From Eledone cirrhosa (taxonomy: Eukaryota): 64,000 nucleotides of DNA. The position numbers and the translations under genes were made by a program. Numbering within the stretch: the stretch's first letter is position 1; each line of letters opens with the position of its first letter. The notes under the pieces were generated by a model. It did no database searches. It worked only from the letters and a program-made list of their open reading frames with translations, and had not been told where the DNA came from. The stretch spans positions 59,458,001 through 59,522,000 of the forward strand of contig OZ024745.1 in the NCBI GenBank assembly GCA_964016885.1. Direction: 5' to 3'. Shown one piece after another: positions 1-12,100 of the stretch.

Positions 1-599
1 GTGAGAACCTCGCCTTGGAGTGAGAACCTCGACTTGGAGTGAAAACCTCGACTTGGAGTGAGAACCTCGACTTGGAGTGAAAACCTCGACTTGGAGTGAG
101 AACCTCGACTTGGAGTGAGAACCTCGACTTGGAGTGAGAACCTCGACTTGGGGTGAGAACCTCGACTTGGAGTGAAAACCTCGACTTGGAGTGAAAACCT
201 CGACTTGGAGTGAAAACCTCGACTTGGAGTGAAAACCTCGACTTGGAGTGAAAACCTCGACTTGGAGTGAGAACCTCGACTTGGAGTGAAAACCTCGACT
301 TGGAGTGAAAACCTCGACTTGGAGTGAAAACCTCGACTTGGAGTGAGAACCTCGACTTGGAGTGACAACCTCGACTTGGAGTGAAAACCTCGACTTGGAG
401 TGAGAACCTCGACTTGGAGTGAGAACCTCGACTTGGAGTGAAAACCTCGACTTGGAGTGAGAACCTCGACTTGGAGTGAGAACCTCGACTTGGAGTGAAA
501 ACCTCGACTTGGAGTGAGAACCTCGACTTGGAGTGAGAACCTCGACTTGGAGTGAGAACCTCGACTTGGAGTGAGAACCTCGACTTGGGGTGAAAACCT

Positions 600-3500
600 C
601 GACTTGGAGTGAGAACCTCGACTTGGAGTGAAAACCTCGACTTGGAGTGAAAACCCCGACTTGGAGTGAGAACCCCGACTTGGAGTGAGAACCCCGACTT
701 GGAGTGAAAACCTCGACTTGGAGTGAGAACCTCGACTTGGAGTGAGAACCTCGACTTGGAGTGAGAACCTCGACTTGGAGTGAGAACCTCGACTTGGAGT
801 GAGAACCTCGACTTGGAGTGAAAACCTCGACTTGGAGTGAAAACCTCGACTTGGAGTGAAAACCTCGACTTGGAGTGAGAACCTCGACTTGGAGTGAAAA
901 CCTCGACTTGGAGTGAGAACCTCGACTTGGAGTGAAAACCTCGACTTGGAGTGAGAACCTCGACTTGGAGTGAAAACCTCGACTTGGAGTGAGAACCTCG
1001 CCTTGGAGTGAAAACATCGACTTGGAGTGAAAACCTCGCCTTGGAGTGAAAACCTCGACTTGGAGTGAAAATCTCGACTTGGAGTGAAAACATCGACTTG
1101 GAGTGAAAACCTCGACTTGGAGTGAAAACCTCGACTTGGAGTGAAAACCTCGACTTGGAGTGAAAACCTCGACTTGGAGTGAAAACCTCGACGTGGAGTG
1201 AAAACCTCGACTTGGAGTGAAAACCTCGACTTGGAGTCAAAACCTCGACTTGGAGTCAAAACCTCGACTTGGAGTGAAAACCTCGACTTGGAGTGAAAAC
1301 CTCGACTTGGAGTGAAAACCTCGACTTGGAGTGAGAACCTCGACTTGGAGTGAAAACCTCGATTTGAAGTGAAAACCTCGACTTGGAGTGAAAACCTCGA
1401 CTTGGAGTGAAAACCTCGACATGGAGTGAAAACCTCGACTTGGAGTGAAAACCTCGACATGGAGTGAAAACCTCGACTTGCAGTGAAAACCTCGACTTGG
1501 AGTGAAAACCTCGACTTGCAGTGAAAACCTCGACTTGCAGTGAAAACCTCGACTTGGAGTGAAAACCTCGACTTGGAGTGAGAACCTCGACTTGGAGTGA
1601 AAACCTCGACTTGGAGTGAGAACCTCGACTTGGAGTGAGAACCTCGACTTGGAGTGAAAACCTCGACTTGGAGTGAAAACCTCGACTTGGAGTGAAAACC
1701 TCGACTTGGAGTGAAAACCTCGACTTGGAGTGAAAACCTCGGCTTGGAGTGAAAACCTCGACTTGGAGTGAAAACCTCGGCTTGGAGTGAAAACCTCGAT
1801 TTGGAGTGAAAACCTAGACTTGGAGTGAAAACCTCGATTTGGAGTGAAAACCTAGACTTGGAGTGAAAACCTCGATTTGGAGTGAAAACCTAGACTTGGA
1901 GTGAAAACCTCGATTTGGAGTGAGAACCTCGAGTTGGAGTGAGAACCTCGACTTGGAGTGAAAACCTCGACTTGGAGTGAGAACCTCGACTTGGAGTGAA
2001 AACCTCGACTTGGAGTGAGAACCTCGACTTGGAGTGAAAACCTCGACTTGGAGTGAGAACCTCGACTTGGAGTGAGAACCGCGACTTGGAGTGAAAACCT
2101 CGACTTGGAGTGAGAACCTCGACTTGGAGTGAGAACCTCGACTTGGAGTGAGAACCTCGACTTGGAGTGAGAACCTCGACTTGGAGTGAAAACCTCGACT
2201 TGGAGTGAAAACCTCGACTTGGAGTGAAAACCTCGACTTGGAGTGAAAACCTCGACTTGGAGTGAAAACCTCGACTTGGAGTGAAAACCTCGACTTGGAG
2301 TGACAACCTCGACTTGGAGTGACAACCTCGACTTGGAGTGACAACCTCGACTTGGAGTGAGAACCTCGACTTGGAGTGAGAACCTCGACTTGGAGTGAGA
2401 ACCTCGACTTGGAGTGAAAACCTCGACTTGGAGTGAGAACCTCGACTTGGGGTGAAAACCTCGACTTGGAGTGAGAACCTCGACTTGGAGTGAAAACCTC
2501 GACTTGGAGTGAGAACCTCGACTTGGGGTGAAAACCTCGACTTGGAGTGAGAACCTCGACTTGGAGTGAGAACCTCCACTTGGGGTGAAAACCTCGACTT
2601 GGAGTGAAAACCTCGACTTGGAGTGAGAACCTCGACTTGGAGTGAAAACCTCGACTTGGAGTGAGAACCTCGACTTGGAGTGAGAACCTCGACTTGGAGT
2701 GAGAACCTCGACTTGGAGTGAAAACCTCGACTTGGAGTGAAAACCTCGACTTGGAGTGAAAACCTCGACTTGGAGTGAAAACCTCGACTTGGAGTGAAAA
2801 CCTCGACTAGGAGTGAAAACCTCGACTTGGAGTGAAAACCTCGACTAGGAGTGAAAACCTCGACTTGGAGTGAGAACCTCGACTTGGAGTGAAAACCTCG
2901 ATTTGGAGTGAAAACCTCGACTTGGAGTGAGAACCTCGCCTTGGAGTGAAAACATCGACTTGGAGTGAAAACCTCGCCTTGGAGTGAAAACCTCGACTTG
3001 GAGTGAAAATCTCGACTTGGAGTGAAAACATCGACTTGGAGTGAAAACCTCGACTTGGAGTGAAAACCTCGACTTGGAGTGAAAACCTCGACTTGGAGTG
3101 AAAACCTCGACTTGGAGTGAAAACCTCGACGTGGAGTGAAAACCTCGACTTGGAGTGAAAACCTCGACTTGGAGTCAAAACCTCGACTTGGAGTCAAAAC
3201 CTCGACTTGGAGTGAAAACCTCGACTTGGAGTGAAAACCTCGACTTGGAGTGAAAACCTCGACTTGGAGTGAGAACCTCGACTTGGAGTGAAAACCTCGA
3301 CATGGAGTGAAAACCTCGACTTGGAGTGAAAACCTCGACATGGAGTGAAAACCTCGACATGGAGTGAAAACCTCGACTTGGAGTGAGAACCTCGACTTGG
3401 AGTGAAAACCTCGACTTGGAGTGAAAACCTCGACTTGGAGTGAGAACTTCGACTTGGAGTGAAAACCTCGACTTGGAGTGAAAACCTCGACTTGGAGTGA

Positions 3501-6150
3501 AAACCTCGACTTGGAGTGAAAACCTCGACTTGGAGTGAGAACCTCGACTTGGAGTGAAAACTTCGACTTGGAGTGAGAACCTCGACTTGGAGTGAAAACC
3601 TCGACTTGGAGTGAGAACCCCGACTTGGAGTGAAAACCTCGACTTGGAGTGAGAACCCCGACTTGGAGTGAAAACCTCGACTTGGAGTGAGAACCTCGAC
3701 TTGGAGTGAAAACCTCGACTTGGAGTGAGAACCTCGACTTGGAGTGAAAACCTCGACTTGGAGTGAGAACCTCGACTTGGAGTGAAAACCTCGACTTGGA
3801 GTGAGAACCTCGCCTTGGAGTGAAAACATCGACTTGGAGTGAAAACCTCGCCTTGGAGTGAAAACCTCGACTTGGAGTGAAAATCTCGACTTGGAGTGAA
3901 AACATCGACTTGGAGTGAAAACCTCGACTTGGAGTGAAAACATCGACTTGGAGTGAAAACCTCGACTTGGAGTGAAAACCTCGACTTGGAGTGAAAACCT
4001 CGACGTGGAGTGAAAACCTCGACTTGGAGTGAAAACCTCGACTTGGAGTCAAAACCTCGACTTGGAGTCAAAACCTCGACTTGGAGTGAAAACCTCGACT
4101 TGGAGTGAAAACCTCGACTTGGAGTGAAAACCTCGACTTGGAGTGAGAACCTCGACTTGGAGTGAAAACCTCGATTTGAAGTGAAAACCTCGACTTGGAG
4201 TGAAAACCTCGACTTGGAGTGAAAACCTCGACATGGAGTGAAAACCTCGACTTGGAGTGAAAACCTCGACATGGAGTGAAAACCTCGACTTGCAGTGAAA
4301 ACCTCGACTTGGAGTGAAAACCTCGACTTGCAGTGAAAACCTCGACTTGCAGTGAAAACCTCGACTTGGAGTGAAAACCTCGACTTGGAGTGAGAACCTC
4401 GACTTGGAGTGAAAACCTCGACTTGGAGTGAGAACCTCGACTTGGAGTGAGAACCTCGACTTGGAGTGAAAACCTCGACTTGGAGTGAAAACCTCGACTT
4501 GGAGTGAAAACCTCGACTTGGAGTGAAAACCTCGACTTGGAGTGAAAACCTCGGCTTGGAGTGAAAACCTCGACTTGGAGTGAAAACCTCGGCTTGGAGT
4601 GAAAACCTCGATTTGGAGTGAAAACCTAGACTTGGAGTGAAAACCTCGATTTGGAGTGAAAACCTAGACTTGGAGTGAAAACCTCGATTTGGAGTGAAAA
4701 TCTAGACTTGGAGTGAAAACCTCGATTTGGAGTGAGAACCTCGAGTTGGAGTGAGAACCTCGACTTGGAGTGAAAACGTCGACTTGGAGTGAGAACCTCG
4801 ACTTGGAGTGAAAACCTCGACTTGGAGTGAGAACCTCGACTTGGAGTGAAAACCTCGACTTGGAGTGAAAACCTCGACTTGGAGTGAGAACCGCGACTTG
4901 GAGTGAAAACCTCGACTTGGAGTGAGAACCTCGACTTGGAGTGAGAACCTCGACTTGGAGTGAGAACCTCGACTTGGAGTGAGAACCTCGACTTGGAGTG
5001 AAAACCTCGACTTGGAGTGAAAACCTCGACTTGGAGTGAAAACCTCGACTTGGAGTGAAAACCTCGACTTGGAGTGAAAACCTCGACTTGGAGTGAAAAC
5101 CTCGACTTGGAGTGAAAACCTCGACTTGGAGTGACAACCTCGACTTGGAGTGACAACCTCGACTTGGAGTGAGAACCTCGACTTGGAGTGAGAACCTCGA
5201 CTTGGAGTGAGAACCTCGACTTGGAGTGAAAACCTCGACTTGGAGTGAGAACCTCGACTTGGGGTGAAAACCTCGACTTGGAGTGAGAACCTCGACTTGG
5301 AGTGAAAACCTCGACTTGGAGTGAGAACCTCGACTTGGGGTGAAAACCTCGACTTGGAGTGAGAACCTCGACTTGGAGTGAGAACCTCGACTTGGGGTGA
5401 AAACCTCGACTTGGAGTGAAAACCTCGACTTGGAGTGAGAACCTCGACTTGGAGTGAAAACCTCGACTTGGAGTGAGAACCTCGACTTGGAGTGAGAACC
5501 TCGACTTGGAGTGAGAACCTCGACTTGGAGTGAAAACCTCGACTTGGAGTGAAAACCTCGACTTGGAGTGAAAACCTCGACTTGGAGTGAAAACCTCGAC
5601 TTGGAGTGAAAACCTCGACTAGGAGTGAAAACCTCGACTTGGAGTGAAAACCTCGACTAGGAGTGAAAACCTCGACTTGGAGTGAGAACCTCGACTTGGA
5701 GTGAAAACCTCGATTTGGAGTGAAAACCTCGACTTGGAGTGAGAACCTCGACTTGGAGTGAAAACCTCGACATGGAGTGAAAACCTCGACTTGGAGTGAA
5801 AACCTCGACATGGAGTGAAAACCTCGACATGGAGTGAAAACCTCGACTTGGAGTGAGAACCTCGACTTGGAGTGAAAACCTCGACTTGGAGTGAAAACCT
5901 CGACTTGGAGTGAGAACCTCGACTTGGAGTGAAAACCTCGACTTGGAGTGAAAACCTCGACTTGGAGTGAAAACCTCGACTTGGAGTGAAAACCTCGACT
6001 TGGAGTGAAAACCTCGACTTGGAGTGAGAACCTCGACTTGGAGTGAAAACCTCGACTTGGAGTGAGAACCTCGACTTGGAGTGAAAACCTCGACTTGGAG
6101 TGAGAACCCCGACTTGGAGTGAAAACCTCGACTTGGAGTGAGAACCCCGA
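600..6150. repeat. HOR family A, first block (two marker cassettes 2812 bp = 148 monomers apart)
   Basis: An ordered variant cassette recurs: GCCTT/CATCG, ATCTC, ACGTG, GTCAAAA x2, GATTTGAAG, CATGG x2, TGCAG x3, CGGCT x2, (GATTT/CCTAG) x3, CTCGAG, CCGCG, GACAAC, GGGGT x3, CTAGG x2. CCTAG triplets lie at 1814/1852/1890 and 4626/4664/4702. Boundaries are approximate. Confidence 0.85.
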
Positions 6151-9100
6151 CTTGGAGTGAAAACCTCGACTTGGAGTGAGAACCCCGACTTGGAGGGAAA
6201 ACCTCGACTTGGAGTGAAAACCTCGACTTGGAGTGAAAACCTCGACTTGGAGTGAGAACCTCGACTTGGAGTGAAAACCTCGACTTGGAGTGAAAACCTC
6301 GACTTGGAGTGAAACCTCGACTTGGAGTGAAAACCTCGACTTGGAGTGAAACCCCGACTTGGAGTGAAAACCTCGACTTGGAGTGAGAACCTCGACTTGG
6401 AGTGAAAACCTCGACTTGGAGTGAGAACCTCGACTTGGAGTGAGAACCTCGACTTGGAGTGAAAACCGCGACTTGGAGTGAGAACCTCGACTTGGAGTGA
6501 AAACCTCGACTTGGAGTGAAAACCTCGACTTGGAGTGAAAACCTCGACTTGGAGTGAAAACCTCGACTTGGAGTGAGAACCTCGACTTGGAGTGAGAACC
6601 TCGACTTGGAGTGAAAACCGCGACTTGGAGTGAAAACCGCGACTTGGAGTGAAAACCTCGACTTGGAGTGAAAACCTCGACTTGGAGTGAGAACCTCGAC
6701 TTGGAGTGAAAACCTCGACTTGGAGTGAGAACCTCGCCTTGGAGTGAAAACCTCGACTTGGAGTGAAAACCTCGACTTGGAGTGAGAACCTCGACTTGGA
6801 GTGAAAACCTCGACTTGGAGTGAAAACCTCGACTTGGAGTGAAAACCTCGACTTGGAGTGAGAACCTCGACTTGGAGTGAAAACCTCGACTTGGAGTGAA
6901 AACCTCGACTTGGAGTGAAAACCTCGACTTGGAGTGAGAACCTCGACTTGGAGTGAGAACCTCGACTTGGAGTGAGAACCTCGACTTGGAGTGAAAACCT
7001 CGCTTTGGAGTGAAAACCTCGACTTGGAGTGAAAACCTCGACTTGGAGTGAAAACCTCGACTTGGAGTGAGAACCTCGACTTGGAGTGAGAACCTCGACT
7101 TGGAGTGAAAACCTCGACTTGGAGTGAGAACCTCGACTTGGAGTGAAAACCTCGACATGGAGTGAGAACCTCGACTTGGAGTGAAAACCTCGACATGGAG
7201 TGAAAACCGCGACTTGGAGTGAGAACCTCGACTTGGAGTGAAAACCTCGACTTGGAGTGAGAACCTCGACTTGGAGTGGAAACCTCGACTTGGAGTGAAA
7301 ACCTCGACTTGGAGTGAGAACCTCGCCTTGGAGTGAAAACCTCGACTTTGAGTGAGAACCTCGATTGGAGTGAAAACCTCGACTTGGAGTGAAAACCTCG
7401 ACTTGGAGTGAGAACCTCGACTTGGAGTGAAAACCTCGACTTGGAGTGAGAACCTCGACTTGGAGTGAAAACCTCGACTTGGAGTGAGAACCTCGACTTG
7501 GAGTGAGAACCTCGACTTGGAGAGAAAACCTCGACTTGGAGTGAGAACCTCGACTTGGAGTGAAAACCTCGACTTGGAGTGAAAACCTCGACTTGGAGTG
7601 AGAACCTCGACTTGGAGTGAAAACCTCGACTTGGAGTGAGAACCTCGACTTGGAGTGAAAACCTCGACTTTGAGTGAGAACCTCGCCTTGGAGTGAGAAC
7701 CTCGCCTTGGAGTGAAAACCTCGACTTGGAGTGAAAACCTCGACTTGGAATGAGAACCTCGACTTGGAGTGAAAACCTCGACTTGGAGTGAGAACCTCGA
7801 CTTGGAGTGAAAACCTCGACTTGGAGTGAGAACCTCGACTTGGAGTGAAAACCTCGCTTTGGAGTGAAAACCTCGACTTGGAGTGAAAACCTCGACTTGG
7901 AGTGAGAACCTCGACTTGGAGTGAAAACCTCGACTTGGAGTGAGAACCTCGACTTGGAGTGAAAACCTCGACTTGGAGTGAGAACCTCGACTTGGAGTGA
8001 GAACCTCGACTTGGAGTGAGAACCTCGACTTGGAGTGAAAACCTCGACTTGGAGTGAAAACCTCGACATGGAGTGAGAACCTCGACTTGGAGTGAGAACC
8101 TCGACATGGAGTGAAAACCGCGACTTGGAGTGAGAACCTCGACTTGGAGTGAAAACCTCGACTTGGAGTGAGAACCTCGACTTGGAGTGAGAACCTCGAC
8201 TTGGAGTGAGAACCTCGACTTGGAGTGAGAACCTCGACTTGGAGTGAGAACCTCGACTTGGAGTGAGAACCTCGACTTGGAGTGAAAACCGCGACTTGGA
8301 GTGAAAACCTCGACTTGGAGTGAAAACCTCGACTTGGAGTGAAAACCTCGACTTGGAGTGACAACCTCGACTTGGAGTGAAAACCTCGACTTGGAGTGAA
8401 AACCCCGACTTGGAGTGAAAACCTCGACTTGGAGTGAGAACCTCGACTTGGAGTGAAAACCTCGACTTGGAGTGAGAACCTCGACTTGGAGTGAGAACCT
8501 CGACTTGGAGTGAAAACCGCGACTTGGAGTGAGAACCTCGACTTGGAGTGAAAACCGCGACTTGGAGTGAGAACCTCGACTTGGAGTGAAAACCTCGACT
8601 TGGAGTGAGAACCTCGACTTGGAGTGAGAACCTCGACTTGGAGTGAGAACCTCGACTTGGAGTGAGAACCTCGACTTGGAGTGAGAACCTCGACTTGGAG
8701 TGAGAACCTCGACTTGGAGTGAAAACCGCGACTTGGAGTGAAAACCTCGACTTGGAGTGAAAACCTCGACTTGGAGTGAAAACCTCGACTTGGAGTGAAA
8801 ACCCCGACTTGGAGTGAAAACCTCGACTTGGAGTGAGAACCTCGACTTGGAGTGAAAACCTCGACTTGGAGTGAGAACCTCGACTTGGAGTGAGAACCTC
8901 GACTTGGAGTGAAAACCTCGACTTGGAGTGAGAACCTCGACTTGGAGTGAAAACCTCGACTTTGAGTGAGAACCTCGCCTTGGAGTGAAAACCTCGACTT
9001 GGAGTGAAAACCTCGACTTGGAATGAGAACCTCGACTTGGAGTGAAAACCTCGACTTGGAGTGAGAACCTCGACTTGGAGTGAAAACCTCGACTTGGAGT

Positions 9101-12100
9101 GAGAACCTCGACTTGGAGTGAAAACCTCGCTTTGGAGTGAAAACCTCGACTTGGAGTGAAAACCTCGCTTTGGAGTGAAAACCTCGACTTGGAGTGAAAA
9201 CCTCGACTTGGAGTGAGAACCTCGACTTGGAGTGAAAACCTCGACTTGGAGTGAGAACCTCGACTTGGAGTGAGAACCTCGACTTGGAGTGAGAACCTCG
9301 ACTTGGAGTGAAAACCTCGACTTGGAGTGAAAACCTCGACTTGGAGTGAGAACCTCGACTTGGAGTGAAAACCTCGACTTGGAGTGAAAACCTCGACTTG
9401 GAGTGAAAACCTCGACTTGGAGTGAGAACCTCGACTTGGAGTGAAAACCTCGACTTGGAGTGAAAACCTCGACTTGGAGTGAAAACCTCGACTTGGAGTG
9501 AGAACCTCGACTTGGAGTGAGAACCTCGACTTGGAGTGAGAACCTCGACTTGGAGTGAAAACCTCGCTTTGGAGTGAAAACCTCGACTTGGAGTGAAAAC
9601 CTCGACTTGGAGTGAAAACCTCGACTTGGAGTGAGAACCTCGACTTGGAGTGAGAACCTCGACTTGGAGTGAAAACCTCGACTTGGAGTGAGAACCTCGA
9701 CTTGGAGTGAAAACCTCGACATGGAGTGAGAACCTCGACTTGGAGTGAAAACCTCGACATGGAGTGAAAACCGCGACTTGGAGTGAGAACCTCGACTTGG
9801 AGTGAAAACCTCGACTTGGAGTGAGAACCTCGACTTGGAGTGGAAACCTCGACTTGGAGTGAAAACCTCGACTTGGAGTGAGAACCTCGCCTTGGAGTGA
9901 AAACCTCGACTTTGAGTGAGAACCTCGATTGGAGTGAAAACCTCGACTTGGAGTGAAAACCTCGACTTGGAGTGAGAACCTCGACTTGGAGTGAAAACCT
10001 CGACTTGGAGTGAGAACCTCGACTTGGAGTGAAAACCTCGACTTGGAGTGAGAACCTCGACTTGGAGTGAGAACCTCGACTTGGAGAGAAAACCTCGACT
10101 TGGAGTGAGAACCTCGACTTGGAGTGAAAACCTCGACTTGGAGTGAAAACCTCGACTTGGAGTGAGAACCTCGACTTGGAGTGAAAACCTCGACTTGGAG
10201 TGAGAACCTCGACTTGGAGTGAAAACCTCGACTTTGAGTGAGAACCTCGCCTTGGAGTGAGAACCTCGCCTTGGAGTGAAAACCTCGACTTGGAGTGAAA
10301 ACCTCGACTTGGAATGAGAACCTCGACTTGGAGTGAAAACCTCGACTTGGAGTGAGAACCTCGACTTGGAGTGAAAACCTCGACTTGGAGTGAGAACCTC
10401 GACTTGGAGTGAAAACCTCGCTTTGGAGTGAAAACCTCGACTTGGAGTGAAAACCTCGCTTTGGAGTGAAAACCTCGACTTGGAGTGAAAACCTCGACTT
10501 GGAGTGAGAACCTCGACTTGGAGTGAAAACCTCGACTTGGAGTGAGAACCTCGACTTGGAGTGAGAACCTCGACTTGGAGTGAGAACCTCGACTTGGAGT
10601 GAAAACCTCGACTTGGAGTGAAAACCTCGACATGGAGTGAGAACCTCGACTTGGAGTGAGAACCTCGACATGGAGTGAAAACCGCGACTTGGAGTGAGAA
10701 CCTCGACTTGGAGTGAAAACCTCGACTTGGAGTGAGAACCTCGACTTGGAGTGAGAACCTCGACTTGGAGTGAGAACCTCGACTTGGAGTGAGAACCTCG
10801 ACTTGGAGTGAGAACCTCGACTTGGAGTGAGAACCTCGACTTGGAGTGAGAACCTCGACTTGGAGTGAAAACCGCGACTTGGAGTGAAAACCTCGACTTG
10901 GAGTGAAAACCTCGACTTGGAGTGAAAACCTCGACTTGGAGTGACAACCTCGACTTGGAGTGAAAACCTCGACTTGGAGTGAAAACCCCGACTTGGAGTG
11001 AAAACCTCGACTTGGAGTGAGAACCTCGACTTGGAGTGAAAACCTCGACTTGGAGTGAGAACCTCGACTTGGAGTGAGAACCTCGACTTGGAGTGAAAAC
11101 CGCGACTTGGAGTGAGAACCTCGACTTGGAGTGAAAACCGCGACTTGGAGTGAGAACCTCGACTTGGAGTGAAAACCGCGACTTGGAGTGAGAACCTCGA
11201 CTTGGAGTGAAAACCTCGACTTGGAGTGAGAACCTCGACTTGGAGTGAGAACCTCGACTTGGAGTGAGAACCTCGACTTGGAGTGAGAACCTCGACTTGG
11301 AGTGAGAACCTCGACTTGGAGTGAGAACCTCGACTTGGAGTGAAAACCTCGACTTGGAGTGAAAACCTCGACTTGGAGTGAAAACCTCGACTTGGAGTGA
11401 AAACCCCGACTTGGAGTGAAAACCTCGACTTGGAGTGAGAACCTCGACTTGGAGTGAAAACCTCGACTTGGAGTGAGAACCTCGACTTGGAGTGAGAACC
11501 TCGACTTGGAGTGAAAACCTCGACTTGGAGTGAGAACCTCGACTTGGAGTGAAAACCTCGACTTTGAGTGAGAACCTCGCCTTGGAGTGAAAACCTCGAC
11601 TTGGAGTGAAAACCTCGACTTGGAATGAGAACCTCGACTTGGAGTGAAAACCTCGACTTGGAGTGAGAACCTCGACTTGGAGTGAAAACCTCGACTTGGA
11701 GTGAGAACCTCGACTTGGAGTGAAAACCTCGCTTTGGAGTGAAAACCTCGACTTGGAGTGAAAACCTCGCTTTGGAGTGAAAACCTCGACTTGGAGTGAA
11801 AACCTCGACTTGGAGTGAGAACCTCGACTTGGAGTGAAAACCTCGACTTGGAGTGAGAACCTCGACTTGGAGTGAGAACCTCGACTTGGAGTGAGAACCT
11901 CGACTTGGAGTGAAAACCTCGACTTGGAGTGAAAACCTCGACATGGAGTGAGAACCTCGACTTGGAGTGAGAACCTCGACATGGAGTGAAAACCGCGACT
12001 TGGAGTGAGAACCTCGACTTGGAGTGAGAACCTCGACTTGGAGTGAGAACCTCGACTTGGAGTGAGAACCTCGACTTGGAGTGAGAACCTCGACTTGGAG

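Noticed and set aside
1228-1257. Hairpin, cruciform or G-quadruplex potential (ACT-TGG-AGT, extended to GACT-TGG-AGTC in the GTCAAAA variant; GGGG variants)
   Set aside because: Stems of 3-4 bp are too weak to be stable. GGGG variants are isolated and mostly three or four monomers apart.
4701-4783. Unique XbaI (4701) and SalI (4778) sites as cloning scars
   Set aside because: Each is a single substitution within an in-phase monomer, and no foreign bases are present.
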